Below, piece by piece: positions 62,935 to 64,000 of a stretch of DNA of 64,000 nucleotides. The notes beneath the pieces are model-generated. The model searched no databases and was not told the DNA's origin. It was given only the letters and a program-made list of their open reading frames with translations. Position numbers and translations under genes: made by a program. The stretch's first letter is position 1. The number at the start of each line of letters is the position of its first letter. Source of the DNA: Steroidobacteraceae bacterium (lineage in GTDB: Bacteria; Pseudomonadota; Gammaproteobacteria; Steroidobacterales; Steroidobacteraceae); assembly GCA_035625615.1 (NCBI GenBank), contig DASPPI010000056.1, forward strand, positions 2,208-66,207, given 5' to 3'.

Positions 62935-63702
62935 TCAGGCAGCCGAGGCGGGGCGCACGGTCGAGTCCGCGCCGACGCGGAAGTCGCACACCAGCGGGCG
63001 ATGATCCGAGAAGCGCACGTCCGGTACGCGGAACTCGGTCACCTCGATGCCGGCGCTCACCAGGATGAAATCGAGCTCGATGCGCGGCACGCGCGCCGGG
63101 AACGACGGCAGTCCCGCGGTGTTGGCGCTGCGCAGGCCGGCGGCGCGCATGAACAGGTAGATCTCGTGCGTCCCCCAGAAAGTATTGAAGTCCCCGGCGA
63201 CGATCACCGGCTTCGCCGATTGCATGATCAGGTCGTGGAGCGAGCGCAGCTGGTACTGGCGATGGCGGAACTTGACCGACAGGTGCACCAGGAAAACGCA
63301 CAGGTCCGAGAGCTCCAGCTCGATGATGAGGCGCTTGATGCCGGTGTCGAAGTAATGGAAACGCTCGCCGTGCACGCTGGGCGCCGACAGGAAGGCATTA
63401 CCCTGCTTGCGCACGATCGGCATGAACTGGTTGATCGAGTCGGCGCCGTACTTGCACTGGTAGGTCGAGTAGTGACCGAGCTCGCCGGCGATGTGCTCGG
63501 CCTGATTCAGCATGCCGGTGCGGATCGAGCCGGTGTCCACCTCAATCAGGCCGACGATGTCCGGGTGCTCGGCGCGGATGAACTCGGTGATGCCGCTCAG
63601 CACCTTGCGGTTGCTGCGCAGGTAGCCCGCGCCCGGCAGCGGCAGGTGAAACGCCGGCCCGGTGCCGGTGGCATAGCGGATGTTGTAAACGAGCAATCGC
63701 AT
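62935..63702 (-). CDS. Endonuclease/exonuclease/phosphatase (EEP) family protein
   Basis: MRLLVYNIRY...DIVGLIEVD...VAGDFN...FSDHRPLVCDF are EEP catalytic motifs. The start was chosen at the internal ATG 63702. Confidence 0.75.
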   Translation of the reverse strand: MRLLVYNIRYATGTGPAFHLPLPGAGYLRSNRKVLSGITEFIRAEHPDIVGLIEVDTGSIRTGMLNQAEHIAGELGHYSTYQCKYGADSINQFMPIVRKQGNAFLSAPSVHGERFHYFDTGIKRLIIELELSDLCVFLVHLSVKFRHRQYQLRSLHDLIMQSAKPVIVAGDFNTFWGTHEIYLFMRAAGLRSANTAGLPSFPARVPRIELDFILVSAGIEVTEFRVPDVRFSDHRPLVCDFRVGADSTVRPASAA

Positions 63703-63857
63703 CGTCAGGGGAACGTCGCTGGCAGGGATGCGGCATTGTATCGTGCTGCGCCGCGTTATGTGGCACGCGCGTGCCGCACCGGCCCCGGGGCCTCGCCTTG
63801 CAAGGACGCGCAGCGCCACGTTCCCCCGCGCGCCACCTTGTGCCAGACTGCAGGCTG

Positions 63858-64000
63858 ATGTCGCAGGCCAATCCGCTTCGCCTCTTCGTCACGCACGCCT
63901 GGGAAACGAGCGACGACTACCTGCGGGTGTTCGAGTACCTGGAGAGCGCGCGCAATTTCTTCTACAAGAATTACAGCACGCCCGAGCGCCGGCCGAGCGG
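63858..64000 (+). CDS. 5' fragment of an ORF with a TIR-like N-terminal pattern; runs off the window
   Basis: I translated it by hand as MSQANPLRLFVTHAWETSDDYLRVFEYLESARNFFYKNYSTPERRPS. The pattern hydrophobic-F-V-[ST]-H-x-W ... DY ... NYSxP resembles bacterial TIR-like/DUF1863-type starts. Only 47 codons are visible. Confidence 0.35.
   Translation, partial: MSQANPLRLFVTHAWETSDDYLRVFEYLESARNFFYKNYSTPERRPS

Overview
This is a GC-rich, densely packed chromosomal core segment with about 66 protein-coding genes. Many neighbouring genes are joined by 4-nt ATGA/GTGA stop-start overlaps.

Gene content and order suggest a Xanthomonadales/Nevskiales-like gammaproteobacterium. The pointers are a LysC-LysA fusion, tonB-exbB-exbD1-exbD2, an xps-like gspG-to-gspN block, and fabD-fabG-acpP-fabF-(pabB)-pabC-mltG-tmk-holB-pilZ. 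This placement is inference only.

Contents from left to right:
- methylcrotonyl-CoA carboxylase subunits
- envelope and redox genes: YcfJ-like protein, DsbA, an L,D-transpeptidase, and yqjD/E/K-like genes
- transaldolase
- bifunctional aspartokinase/DAP decarboxylase
- PBP1B plus an LpoP-like lipoprotein
- a SAM-I riboswitch in front of metB
- a minus-strand ilvC-leuA-ilvE-leuCDB operon preceded by a Leu/Val-rich leader peptide and attenuator
- MFS transporter gene followed by ilvD
- a TonB/ExbBD cluster, peroxiredoxin and etfBA
- a yejBEF-like ABC importer
- an AddAB-like helicase-nuclease pair
- gspGHIJKLMN with a divergent rhombosortase gene
- the fab/pab/mltG/tmk/holB/pilZ cluster
- a cNMP-rhodanese protein, a FadJ-like enzyme, an EEP nuclease and a truncated TIR-like ORF

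I found no rRNA, tRNA, CRISPR array, transposase, integrase or prophage signal. I do not see a convincing novel multi-gene system.

The observations most worth a second look are:
- the ilv-leu attenuator
- a 3 x ~61-bp intergenic tandem repeat
- a repeated 30-bp element / GCGCAATT motif cluster in the etfB-yejB divergent region
- a GspI minor pseudopilin with a ~95-aa low-complexity tail
- the rhombosortase/T2SS juxtaposition

Many long alternative-frame ORFs in the supplied track are high-GC artefacts.
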